From positions 13,875-55,005 of the forward strand of contig JALRIY010000001.1 in the NCBI GenBank assembly GCA_023255285.1: a stretch of 41,131 bases of DNA, written 5' to 3'. The notes under the pieces were generated by a model, which saw only the letters and a program-made list of their open reading frames with translations, searched no databases and was not told where the DNA came from. Of this stretch, positions 18,082 through 27,664 are shown piece by piece. Within the stretch, counting starts at the first letter, position 1; each line of letters starts with the position of its first letter. The position numbers were made by a program, and so were the translations under genes. This DNA comes from Algoriphagus sp. GTDB lineage: Bacteria; Bacteroidota; Bacteroidia; Cytophagales; Cyclobacteriaceae.

Positions 18082-19918
18082 TTTTATTCAGCTGCTACCC
18101 GATGCAATTGCCAACCAAATTGCAGCAGGTGAGGTCGTTCAACGACCAGCCTCTGCATTGAAGGAGCTATTGGAAAATGCGGTGGATGCTGGGGCTACAC
18201 AAATTCAGGTAGTGGTTAAAGATGCTGGAAAACAACTTATCCAAGTCATTGATAATGGCAAAGGGATGTCTCCTACCGATGCTCGGATGAGTTTTGAGCG
18301 CCATGCAACATCCAAAATCCGAAATGCACAGGACCTTTTTGCCCTTCGAACTTTTGGGTTTCGAGGGGAAGCTATGGCTTCAATAGCAGCTGTTGCCCAA
18401 GTGGAACTCAAAACGCGAACCCCGGATGCGGAGGTGGGAACGTTGATTCAAATCGAAGGCTCTGAAGTGAAGCGGCAAGAACCTGTAGCCAGTCCAGTGG
18501 GAACCTCGGTAGCCATGAAAAACTTGTTTTTCAATGTGCCTGCTCGAAGAAATTTTTTAAAGTCTAATCCCGTGGAAATGCGGCATATCGTGGATGAATT
18601 TCAGCGTGTAGCCTTGTCATATCCAGAGTTAGCCTTCTCTTTGTACCAGCAAGATTTGGAAACTTACAACTTGCATCCTGGGAAACTAAGTCAGCGAATA
18701 GTAGGAATATTTGGCAAAGGGATCCAAAATCAATTGGTTCCTTGCGAAGAAACAACTCCCCATCTCCAAATTAAAGGCTATGTTGGCAAACCAGAATACG
18801 CTAAAAAAACACGTGGGGAACAATTTTTCTTCGTCAACAACCGCTACATCAAAAGCAGCTACCTCCACCATGCCGTAAGCACTGCTTACGAAGGGTTAAT
18901 TCAATCCGATCAGCACCCTTTCTATGTTTTATTTTTGGACATCGACCCAGCGACCATAGATATCAACGTCCACCCGACAAAAACTGAAATCAAATTTGAA
19001 GATGAACGTACCGTATATGCGGTCATTCGCTCAGCAGTAAAGCAAGCTTTGGGCGCGCATCAAGTGATGCCTACCTTGGACTTTAGTCTGGACGTGAATT
19101 TTCAAGAAAATTGGACTGCAAATCCCCAAACTTCCCTGGAAGTAGATCGGGAGTACAGCTACAAAACCTACAATACTCCTGAATTTCAACGCGCATCTGT
19201 TTCAGGATGGGAACGCCTTTTTGAAGGCCATACTCCAACATCAATATCCCAAGCTAGCACCCCCTCTCCAACGGAAGATCAGGAATTACTGACCTTTCCA
19301 AGTAAAGCAACTGCCACTGGGGTATCTTTGGCTTTGGAACAAGGAATAGCGGGTACAGGAACTACCTTTCAAGTAGAAAATAGCTATATCGTTGCTCAAA
19401 TGTCTACTGGACTACTTATTGTTGACCAGCAATTGGCACACGAAAGGATACTTTATGAACGCTACATGAAGCAATTGCAAACCACTCATGGAGCCTCTCA
19501 ACACTGTTTATTTCCGACGACACTGGTCCTTAATCCAGCAGATTTTGCGCTAGTGCTTGACATGCTCCCTGAATTAGGAAGTCTCGGCTTTTTGGTGGAA
19601 GAATTTGGAAAAGACACCTTAGTTATTCGTGGGGTACCTGCAGAAACCCAAGTTAAAAATGAAAAAGAACTCTTTGAAGGCTTGTTGGAGCAATACAAAA
19701 ACTTTAAAAATGAACTATCTCTGGAGAAAAGGGAGAATCTAGCACGATCTCTTTCCAAACGAGCTTCGTTAAAAAAGGGACAAAAGTTAGCTGCTCAGGA
19801 AATGGAGAATTTGGTTGGGCAGTTATTTGCTTGTTCCACACCAAATTATTCTCCTTCAGGGAACAAAACCTTTGTGAAATTGGATTTAACAAGCATACAC
19901 GCCTTCTTCGCTAAATAA
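18074..19918 (+). CDS. mutL: DNA mismatch repair protein MutL
   Basis: NQIAAGEVVQRP, KELLENAVDAGA, GFRGEA, DINVHPTK, DQQLAHERILYE. Confidence 0.97.
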   Translation: MPDFIQLLPDAIANQIAAGEVVQRPASALKELLENAVDAGATQIQVVVKDAGKQLIQVIDNGKGMSPTDARMSFERHATSKIRNAQDLFALRTFGFRGEAMASIAAVAQVELKTRTPDAEVGTLIQIEGSEVKRQEPVASPVGTSVAMKNLFFNVPARRNFLKSNPVEMRHIVDEFQRVALSYPELAFSLYQQDLETYNLHPGKLSQRIVGIFGKGIQNQLVPCEETTPHLQIKGYVGKPEYAKKTRGEQFFFVNNRYIKSSYLHHAVSTAYEGLIQSDQHPFYVLFLDIDPATIDINVHPTKTEIKFEDERTVYAVIRSAVKQALGAHQVMPTLDFSLDVNFQENWTANPQTSLEVDREYSYKTYNTPEFQRASVSGWERLFEGHTPTSISQASTPSPTEDQELLTFPSKATATGVSLALEQGIAGTGTTFQVENSYIVAQMSTGLLIVDQQLAHERILYERYMKQLQTTHGASQHCLFPTTLVLNPADFALVLDMLPELGSLGFLVEEFGKDTLVIRGVPAETQVKNEKELFEGLLEQYKNFKNELSLEKRENLARSLSKRASLKKGQKLAAQEMENLVGQLFACSTPNYSPSGNKTFVKLDLTSIHAFFAK

Positions 19919-19919
19919 T

Positions 19920-20711
19920 ATGTTTAGAAATATTACTCCAGTCGTTCAAAATCTGCTGCTGATAAATGTAGCAGTTTTTATAATGGCCAATTTCGTTTTT
20001 CCTCCACTCAACGAATGGTTTGCACTCTACAACATCCAGAGTTCTGCCTTCAAGCCCTTTCAATTCCTCTCGTACATGTTTATGCACGCAGATTTTTGGC
20101 ACCTATTTAGCAATCTGTTTGGATTGCTGATCTTTGGTCCCCTTTTGGAACAATTTTTAGGACCAAAGAAACTGTTTACGCTTTGGATGGTTTGTGGAAT
20201 GGGAGCTGGAGTCCTTTATTCGGGGTATACCCTCTTTCAATACCGCAGCTTGGAGGAAAAGGTATTGGCCTTTGAAGCTAATCCTGACCCTGAATATTTT
20301 AATCGCTTGGTTATTGAAAATAGGGGATATTTCTCTCAGGAAGTATTTGATTTTGTAGATCAATACAGTAGAAACCCAGAGGATCCCATGTACATTGAAA
20401 GGGCCGGAAATACCTTGGCTACCATTTTGCGGATGCAAGTGGATCAACCCATGGTGGGGGCATCTGGAGCACTTTTTGGGATCTTGGTTGCTTTTGGTAT
20501 GTTATTTCCTAATACCCAGCTTTTTTTGCTCTTTCCCCCGATGCCAATTAAAGCGAAATACTTGGTTTTATTTTATGGTTTGTATACGATATACAACGTG
20601 CTCATGATGAATCCTACGGATAATGTAGCCCACTTTGCCCACTTGAGTGGCCTAGTGATAGGGGCCATTTTAGTGTATGTTTGGAAAAAAAATAGAACGA
20701 GTTTCTACTGA
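19920..20711 (+). CDS. Rhomboid intramembrane serine protease
   Basis: H....HLFSN, GASG, AHFAHLSG. Confidence 0.93.
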   Translation: MFRNITPVVQNLLLINVAVFIMANFVFPPLNEWFALYNIQSSAFKPFQFLSYMFMHADFWHLFSNLFGLLIFGPLLEQFLGPKKLFTLWMVCGMGAGVLYSGYTLFQYRSLEEKVLAFEANPDPEYFNRLVIENRGYFSQEVFDFVDQYSRNPEDPMYIERAGNTLATILRMQVDQPMVGASGALFGILVAFGMLFPNTQLFLLFPPMPIKAKYLVLFYGLYTIYNVLMMNPTDNVAHFAHLSGLVIGAILVYVWKKNRTSFY

Positions 20712-20712
20712 T

Positions 20713-21633
20713 ATGTATTCATCTTTTTGGGATAATTTAAAAAACGCATTTAACCGGCAAGACAATAGCTTATACAAGTTGTTGGCTATCAATCTGATTG
20801 CTTTTTTTGTACTACTCATTGCACGGGTATTCTTGACGCTCAGTGGTTATGGTGAGGTGTACAAAGAGGGAATGGAATGGATCATGATGCCTGCTTCTGT
20901 TTCTACGCTTGCTACCCAGCCTTGGGCACCTTTTACCTATATGTTCTTGCATGAAGGGCTTTTTCACATTTTATTCAACCTGCTTTTCCTGTACTATTTC
21001 GGGCTCCTTGTCCATCAATACATCGGAAGTAGGCGTCTGGCCAATCTATACCTTTTGGGCGGCCTTTTTGGAGCTGGATTTTATGTCTTGATTTACAACA
21101 TTGCTCCGTACTTCTCCCAAAATGTAGCTAGTTCCCTCATGCTGGGAGCCAGCGCAGGGGTATTTGCCGTGGTGGTAGGGGCGGCTACTCTTGCACCCCA
21201 AACGACTTTTTTCCTTTTTCTTCTAGGGCCTGTCAAAATTGTTTACATCGCTGGATTCTACATTCTCCTTTCTTTTGCCAACTCTATTGGGGAGAATGCA
21301 GGGGGAGAAATCGCCCATTTGGGTGGGGCGATGCTTGGTTTCGGATACATTTTCTTGTTGCGTAAAGGCTGGGACTTGGGCATACCGATTCAAAAAATTG
21401 GAATTTTTTTCGAAAATCTATTTCGCAGACGTGCCCCTAAAGTGAGTTACAGAAGGTCTACTACTACGGCTACGGGATCTCGATCTGCAAAGACTGAACA
21501 AACACATTCTGTTACTAAGGATGCACTAAGTCAGGAAGAGGTGGATAAAATTTTGGATAAAATTGCCGAAAAGGGCTACGAAGGTTTGACTAAGGAAGAA
21601 AAAAGGAAACTATTTGAGTACAGCAAAAAATAA
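20713..21633 (+). CDS. Rhomboid protease with a C-terminal soluble domain (DUF6576-like)
   Basis: H....HILFN, GASA, AHLGG; tail EVDKILDKI...GYEGLT.EEK..L; ATG at 20713 follows the upstream stop. Confidence 0.92.
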   Translation: MYSSFWDNLKNAFNRQDNSLYKLLAINLIAFFVLLIARVFLTLSGYGEVYKEGMEWIMMPASVSTLATQPWAPFTYMFLHEGLFHILFNLLFLYYFGLLVHQYIGSRRLANLYLLGGLFGAGFYVLIYNIAPYFSQNVASSLMLGASAGVFAVVVGAATLAPQTTFFLFLLGPVKIVYIAGFYILLSFANSIGENAGGEIAHLGGAMLGFGYIFLLRKGWDLGIPIQKIGIFFENLFRRRAPKVSYRRSTTTATGSRSAKTEQTHSVTKDALSQEEVDKILDKIAEKGYEGLTKEEKRKLFEYSKK

Positions 21634-21643
21634 TTGGCCAACT

Positions 21644-21766
21644 GCTATTAGTCCACTGTCGACAGCCGAGGCGTTATTTGACTGGTTTTAGCATCCATAC
21701 TTCGTACCTAGTATTTGGTACATTGTACTGTGGTCTGTCGACCGCTAATTGTGGACAGCTAATAGC
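21644..21766. repeat. Imperfect long inverted-repeat element built from heptamer tracts, between convergent genes
   Basis: gctattag/ctaatagc, gtccac/gtggac, gtcgacag/ctgtcgac arms; internal tacttcg-tacctag-tatttgg-tacattg-tactgtg. Confidence 0.65.
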
Positions 21767-21768
21767 CC

Positions 21769-22245
21769 TTACTTTCCAAGTGGAAATTCGAGGCCAAACC
21801 GAAAATAGGTTTGCTGGAATCCTTGGCTTTGAAATTTGAATTCAGAACTCAACCCTACCCAATTTGTCAGTGGAACTACTGCTCCCACCCCTACGTTTGC
21901 ACCACTTAGGTTGCGCTTGGTTCCCGCTGTCCCTGGTTGTGAATTTTCTGAAGTCAAGCTGTAACCTGCCAATACATAAACCTGTGACTTTTCTTTGGAA
22001 AGATAGTAGCGTAGGTCAGTGCTGAAATTACTTGACCTACCCACGGCGGGAAAGAGTTGTGTGTAACTCGGCATCAATCCAAATTGGGGAGCAAAAAAAT
22101 ACTCCCAACCCAATCCAATTCCAGGTTCTTCCAGGCGTAATCCATATTGTCCCAAGACATGAACCCGTGAATCTCCTTGCTCTTGTGCTTGAAGGATACT
22201 AATCGAACCAAATAGAAGAAAGCTAATTAAAAGAATCTTTTTCAT
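21769..22245 (-). CDS. Small outer-membrane beta-barrel protein
   Basis: Signal peptide, alternating amphipathic strands, C-terminal YFRFGLEFPL. Confidence 0.75.
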   Translation of the reverse strand: MKKILLISFLLFGSISILQAQEQGDSRVHVLGQYGLRLEEPGIGLGWEYFFAPQFGLMPSYTQLFPAVGRSSNFSTDLRYYLSKEKSQVYVLAGYSLTSENSQPGTAGTKRNLSGANVGVGAVVPLTNWVGLSSEFKFQSQGFQQTYFRFGLEFPLGK

Positions 22246-22435
22246 CGCATCATTTTTTGTGAAACTACCAAATCCAAGGAGTACACCAAATTTAGTAGCG
22301 ATTGAGATTGGTTTGAATTCAAAATGGAAGGCCTAGTTGTGCAAGAGCATAAAACCCAATAATCAAAAGGATAAAGTAATCAATTAGGGAAGGTAAGGAG
22401 CTCCACCTAGTCGTAGCAATCCACCTTTGATTGAG

Positions 22436-23512
22436 TTAGGTGTCATTTTCTGAAGGCTGTAATTGAGCTACTTCATTTTTATTGGCCAGTTGTCCACAAG
22501 CAGCATCGATATCCTGACCTCTAGACTTGCGCACCTTGGCAATAATCCCTTGGTCTTCCAGTACGCGAACGTACATGTCCACAGCTTCTTGAGAAGCCTG
22601 TCTGAACTCCCCTTCGTCAATGGGGTTGTATTGAATGAGATTGACTTTGGAAGGAATGATTTTACAAAATTTGGCTAGGGCTTTAGCATGTCGCTCGTCA
22701 TCGTTGATGCCTTCCCAAATAACATATTCGTAGGTTACTTTTCGCTTCGTCTGGCTGTACCAAAACCGTAAGGAATCTGCAAGATCTTCCAGTGGATTGA
22801 CTGCGTTGATTGGCATAAGTCGTGTTCTAGTCTCGTTAATTGCAGCATGGAGGGAGATGGCAAGGTTGAATTTTACCTCATCTTCGGCCATTTTCCGGAT
22901 CATCTTTGGGATTCCTACGGTAGAAAGGGTGATTCGTTTAGGCGCCATTCCTAAGCCTTCTGGAGCTGTGATTTTATCGATGGCATCAATCACATTGGCA
23001 TAGTTCAGCAAGGGTTCTCCCATACCCATAAAGACAATGTTGGTCAGGGGTCGCTGGAAATAAGCTTCTGCCTCGTCTTTGATGGCCACTACCTGGTCAT
23101 AGATTTCATCGGCATTCAGGTTTCTCATCCGCTTTAATCGCGCCGTTGCGCAAAAGTTGCAATCCAAACTGCATCCTACTTGCGAAGAAATGCAGGCGGT
23201 GATTCGTTTGGTGGTTGGGATAAGCACTGACTCCACGATCTTGTCATCGAAGAGTTTTACCGCATTTTTGATGGTGCCGTCATTGCTGTGCTGCATCAGG
23301 TCTACCCGAATGTGGTTGATGGAAAAGTGCGTTTTGAGTAGCTCCCTCGTGGAAAGAGAGAGGTTAGTCATCTCATCGAAATTCTTCAGGGACTTGTTCC
23401 AGAGCCATTCGTACACTTGCTTGGCGCGGAATTTTTTTTCTCCTTTCGCTAAAAAAAATTCTTCTAGATCGGCTAAGCTCAATTTACGGATGTCTTTTTT
23501 CTTCAGTTCCAC
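22436..23512 (-). CDS. rlmN: 23S rRNA m2A2503 / tRNA m2A37 methyltransferase
   Basis: CISSQVGCSLDCNFCAT, FMGMGEP, SLHA, RGQDIDAACGQL; GTG start. Confidence 0.96.
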   Translation of the reverse strand: MELKKKDIRKLSLADLEEFFLAKGEKKFRAKQVYEWLWNKSLKNFDEMTNLSLSTRELLKTHFSINHIRVDLMQHSNDGTIKNAVKLFDDKIVESVLIPTTKRITACISSQVGCSLDCNFCATARLKRMRNLNADEIYDQVVAIKDEAEAYFQRPLTNIVFMGMGEPLLNYANVIDAIDKITAPEGLGMAPKRITLSTVGIPKMIRKMAEDEVKFNLAISLHAAINETRTRLMPINAVNPLEDLADSLRFWYSQTKRKVTYEYVIWEGINDDERHAKALAKFCKIIPSKVNLIQYNPIDEGEFRQASQEAVDMYVRVLEDQGIIAKVRKSRGQDIDAACGQLANKNEVAQLQPSENDT

Positions 23513-23516
23513 AGCA

Positions 23517-23524
23517 CAAAGGTA
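23517..23524 (-). promoter_or_regulatory. -7 element (TACCTTTG) 4 nt before the rlmN start
   Basis: tacctttg-tgct-GTG. Confidence 0.6.
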
Positions 23525-23686
23525 GGAATTGAAATTGGGAATGCGGATAAGGTATACGTAGCATCAAAAAATTAAGCAAAGAACCTAAGGTTTAAATTGT
23601 TTGTTTGGGCATTCCTTTTCTGAGAAAAAGAAGGGGATTAAGGAACATATCCCTTATTTTTGCACACTAAACACGACTGTTTTGCT

Positions 23687-24361
23687 ATGCGCCAATCTTG
23701 GTGGAAAATTCTTGCGATAGGGCTTTTGTTGTATACGTTACTAGGAGGAATGTTGCTGGAGGTACCTCGACTTCCAATCCTTAATGAAACTATTCGAGCA
23801 CTTCATTTTCATGTCACGATGTGGTTCGGGATGATTCTAATGCTAGTGGTGGCTGCTTGGTACAGCATTAAGTTTTTGAGAAAAAACGATTTAAAACACG
23901 ACGACATTGCCCTTGAATTTACCAATGCAGCGATTTTATTTGGTGTATTGGGCATATTGACTGGAATGTTGTGGGCAAAATTTACTTGGGGTGACTACTG
24001 GAGCGGTGATCCCAAGCAGAATGCCGCGGCCATCGGCTTGCTGATGTATTTTGCCTATTTAATCCTGAGAGGAAGCCTTTCAGATTCTCAGCAGCGAGGT
24101 AGGATTTCTGCTGTCTACAATATTTTTGCGTTTGCAGCTTTCATTCCCTTGATTTTTGTGTTGCCTCGCTTGACCGATAGCCTTCATCCGGGCAATGGAG
24201 GCAACCCTGGGTTCAATGCTTATGATCTGGACTCTAAATTGCGACTTGTATTTTACCCTGCAATTTTAGGATGGACACTGTTTGGAACTTGGATAGCAAC
24301 TGTTCGTGTTCGTATACGTAGGATAGCACGAGAAATGGAAGAACAATCGTTAAATGATTAA
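23687..24361 (+). CDS. ccmC: Cytochrome c maturation heme chaperone-loading protein CcmC
   Basis: FHV, TGMLWAKFTWGDYWSGDPK (WWD motif), SLHP; ATG at 23687, TATTTTTG promoter element at 23655-62. Confidence 0.9.
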   Translation: MRQSWWKILAIGLLLYTLLGGMLLEVPRLPILNETIRALHFHVTMWFGMILMLVVAAWYSIKFLRKNDLKHDDIALEFTNAAILFGVLGILTGMLWAKFTWGDYWSGDPKQNAAAIGLLMYFAYLILRGSLSDSQQRGRISAVYNIFAFAAFIPLIFVLPRLTDSLHPGNGGNPGFNAYDLDSKLRLVFYPAILGWTLFGTWIATVRVRIRRIAREMEEQSLND

Positions 24362-24364
24362 CTG

Positions 24365-24607
24365 ATGAAAAAAATTAAACTAATCTTTTTCTTATTCTTA
24401 TCCTTTGCGGTACAGGCGCAAGAGAAAATCGCTGTTACCGCTGCTGATTACAGCAACAGCGAAGTTGAAATGGCTGATGTCATGCGAAGTGAAGGAAAAA
24501 TTTACGTGCTCGTAGGAATCATCGTTTTGATTTTCATTGGCCTCCTTGCCTACTTAATTCAAACAGATAGGCGACTTGCGAGGTTGGAAAAAAATAAAGC
24601 AAACTAG
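24365..24607 (+). CDS. ccmD: CcmD-family small membrane protein
   Basis: One TM helix then DRRLARLEK; located between ccmC and ccmE. Confidence 0.75.
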   Translation: MKKIKLIFFLFLSFAVQAQEKIAVTAADYSNSEVEMADVMRSEGKIYVLVGIIVLIFIGLLAYLIQTDRRLARLEKNKAN

Positions 24608-24619
24608 AGGGAGGAAATA

Positions 24620-25036
24620 ATGAAAAAAGGGCATTTGATTGGTTTAGGAATTATTGCGATAGCGATAGCGATCATCCTTACTTCGATTGGAGATGCGAGT
24701 AGTTACGAGAGTTTTACTACCGCTTTGAAAATGAAAAAAGAAGGGGAGGACAAAGCGATCCATGTGGTTGGAAAATTGAAAAAGGACGAAGAAGGTCAGG
24801 TAGTAGGAATAGCGGTGCGCGAAGACAAAACTTCATTTACCTTTTTATTGGTTGATAATGAGGGGACGGAGCAGCAAGTATTTTACAACGAGCCGGTTCC
24901 AGCAGATTTTCATCGTTCCGAACAAGTAGTGGTTATTGGTTCATTCCGCAATCAAGAAATTTTTGTGGCAGATAAAATCCTGATGAAATGTCCATCCAAA
25001 TATCAGGAAACGGATGTTCAAGCAGCCGGTATTTAA
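24620..25036 (+). CDS. ccmE: Heme chaperone CcmE (CxxxY variant)
   Basis: N-terminal TM, P.DF....QVVVIG, ILMKCPSKY. Confidence 0.9.
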   Translation: MKKGHLIGLGIIAIAIAIILTSIGDASSYESFTTALKMKKEGEDKAIHVVGKLKKDEEGQVVGIAVREDKTSFTFLLVDNEGTEQQVFYNEPVPADFHRSEQVVVIGSFRNQEIFVADKILMKCPSKYQETDVQAAGI

Positions 25037-25061
25037 AGCCATATTTTCCAATTAAATCTGT

Positions 25062-27581
25062 ATGATTCAAACCTTTGTAGGCAATTTTGGTCATTTGACC
25101 ACGCTAGTGTCTTTTGTAAGCGCACTGATTACTGCTTTTGCTTACTTCAACTATTTCAAGGCCAATGAATTGGATCGAGACAGTTGGCGGAGATTTAGTC
25201 GGGTAAGTTTTTACATCCATGCCTTAGCTACCAGCTTAATTGCGGTGTCTTTGTTTGAAATTATTTACAATCAGCGCTACGAATATTTTTACGCATATTC
25301 CCATAGTTCCAAGGCGCTCCCTGTTCATTACATGATTTCAAGTTTCTGGGAAGGTCAAGAAGGGGCCTTTATCTTATGGGCCTTTTGGAATGTGGTTCTT
25401 GGATTGATTTTGATTCATACCAACAAATTTTGGGAAGCCCCAGTCATGGTGGTTTTTTCCTTAGTTCAGGCTTTCTTGATTTCTATGATTTTGGGAGTAG
25501 TAATTGGGGATTTAAAAATTGGTAGCTCCCCATTTATCCTCCTTCGCGATGCCACACAAGCGCCTATTTTTGATTTAAATCCGGATTTCATTCCTGAGGA
25601 TGGAACTGGCTTAAATCCACTTTTGCAAAATATTTGGATGGTGATTCACCCGCCTACGCTTTTTCTGGGATATGCCTCCACCTTAGTGCCATTTGCTTTT
25701 TTGATTGGTGGATTGGTGACCAAACGCTATGCGGAATGGATAAGGCCAGCCTTACCTTGGGCGATTTTTTCGGCCATGATTTTGGGAATGGGAATCATTA
25801 TGGGGGCCTATTGGGCATACGTGACCCTTAACTTTGGAGGCTATTGGAACTGGGATCCAGTAGAAAATGCGGTTTATGTCCCTTGGTTAATCCTCGTGGC
25901 ATCAATCCATACCATGATTACCTTCAAGAAAAGCGCAACTGCCTTAAAGACTTCCATCGTCTTGGTCATACTGAGTTTTATCTTGGTATTGTACGCTACT
26001 TTCCTTGTTCGATCTGGGGTTTTGGGCGATGCTTCGGTTCACTCTTTCACTGATTTAGGCTTGTCAGGTCAGCTCTTACTTTACCTTTTATTTTTTATGG
26101 GTGTGGCTATTTTCCTTGCTATCCGTGCATGGAAGCACCTCCCGACATCAGCCCATGAGGCATCCGTGTATTCGCGAGAGTTTTGGATTTTCTTGGGAGC
26201 AATGACGCTAGGACTCATGTCCTTTCAAGTGATCTTACCTACTTCTATTCCTGCTTGGAATGCCTTGGTAGAAAGTTTTGGAGGAATCTCCAACATGGCT
26301 CCTCCTGCGGATCAAATAGGTTTTTATACCAAATTTCAATTGTGGTTTGCTATTGTTTTAGCTTTACTGACTTCAGTAGGACAATTTTTTTGGTGGCAGA
26401 AAATTGACAGAAAGACACTGGGAGAATCTCTTGTAATACCCTACGTAGTTTCAATTATTCTTGCCACGCTTGTGATTGTATTGGCCAAAGTGTACGATTG
26501 GAAGTACATCATTATCGTATTGACGGGGATGTTTACGATTGTAGCCAATGCTGTAATCCTCGTTAAGTTGCTTAAAAAATCTACTTTCAAGTTAGCAGGA
26601 GGATCCTTGGCACACATTGGCTTGGGGATGATACTTATTGGAATCATGTTTAGCTCAGGCTATTCGGAGGTAATCTCTTTGAATATGTCTGGGCTTACTT
26701 ACAGCAATAGTTGGGAGGATGAGATGAATAAGGAGCACGTATTACTTTGGATCAATAAGCCTACCCAGATGAAGGATTATACGGTGATCTACAGAGGGAG
26801 GCAGAAAAAAGTTGTTGGTGTACCAGAATATGTGCCTGCAAAAAGTTTGGCTGCTACAGGCGAAGTAAATGAAGCGATTGCATTAGAGGGATTTAAGGAC
26901 TACATCAAAAAGGGAGATACGGTTCAAGTTGTTTTGGAGGAGAATGATTACTTTAAAATTGACTACCTCCAAAATGAGACGCTACAATTTTCTCTTTCAC
27001 CGATGTCCCAATACAATGAGGGGATGGGGGGATTAATTTCTTCACCCGATTCTAAAATCTATTTAGATAAAGATTTGTACACTTACGTGGCTGCAATGAA
27101 TGATTTTTCAGATCCCGAATGGAAGGACGATGAAATCCATGAAGTGAGCCCTGGGGAACAGTTTCATGTGGCTGATTTTGTTACTTATTTCGATGGTGTT
27201 GATGTATTGAAGGAGATCGAAGGACTGGTTTTGAAGGATGGGGATGTTGCTGTCAAGGCAAAAATCCGTGTCTTGGATTACGACGTGGAAAAATTGTTGG
27301 AGCCTACCTTTATTATTCGTGACAACCAAGTAGGTAAATTGCCTGTTATTGATTCTGAACTTGGACTAAAAATCAGTTTAGAGAACATTCTGCCAGAGCA
27401 AAATAAGTTTGTGTTCAAGGTAAATCAATACCAGAAGGATTATGTGGTCCTGAAGGCCATTGTCAAGCCGTATATCAATGTGTTGTGGGTAGGAACAATT
27501 GTCATGCTTTTTGGTTTTACTGTGGCCATTTACCGCCGATTTGATGAATTTGTCAAAATGAGGGATAAGGGACTAGAATAA
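25062..27581 (+). CDS. ccmF: Cytochrome c heme lyase CcmF
   Basis: WEGQEG, GLNPLLQN, IHPP, WAY..LNFGGYWNWDPVEN, RSG....SVHSF, AHIG. Confidence 0.93.
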   Translation: MIQTFVGNFGHLTTLVSFVSALITAFAYFNYFKANELDRDSWRRFSRVSFYIHALATSLIAVSLFEIIYNQRYEYFYAYSHSSKALPVHYMISSFWEGQEGAFILWAFWNVVLGLILIHTNKFWEAPVMVVFSLVQAFLISMILGVVIGDLKIGSSPFILLRDATQAPIFDLNPDFIPEDGTGLNPLLQNIWMVIHPPTLFLGYASTLVPFAFLIGGLVTKRYAEWIRPALPWAIFSAMILGMGIIMGAYWAYVTLNFGGYWNWDPVENAVYVPWLILVASIHTMITFKKSATALKTSIVLVILSFILVLYATFLVRSGVLGDASVHSFTDLGLSGQLLLYLLFFMGVAIFLAIRAWKHLPTSAHEASVYSREFWIFLGAMTLGLMSFQVILPTSIPAWNALVESFGGISNMAPPADQIGFYTKFQLWFAIVLALLTSVGQFFWWQKIDRKTLGESLVIPYVVSIILATLVIVLAKVYDWKYIIIVLTGMFTIVANAVILVKLLKKSTFKLAGGSLAHIGLGMILIGIMFSSGYSEVISLNMSGLTYSNSWEDEMNKEHVLLWINKPTQMKDYTVIYRGRQKKVVGVPEYVPAKSLAATGEVNEAIALEGFKDYIKKGDTVQVVLEENDYFKIDYLQNETLQFSLSPMSQYNEGMGGLISSPDSKIYLDKDLYTYVAAMNDFSDPEWKDDEIHEVSPGEQFHVADFVTYFDGVDVLKEIEGLVLKDGDVAVKAKIRVLDYDVEKLLEPTFIIRDNQVGKLPVIDSELGLKISLENILPEQNKFVFKVNQYQKDYVVLKAIVKPYINVLWVGTIVMLFGFTVAIYRRFDEFVKMRDKGLE

Positions 27582-27584
27582 AAG

Positions 27585-27657
27585 TGTCGACGGTTGATTG
27601 TGGATAATTATGCGCAATAAATAGGCATGCTGAGCTATTGGCATGATTGCGGGTAAT
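27585..27657 (-). repeat. Dispersed REP-like element, copy A
   Basis: Reverse complement attacccgcaatcatgccaatagctcagcatgcctattta matches 40702-40741 at 33/40 positions. Confidence 0.7.
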
Positions 27658-27664
27658 AATAATA

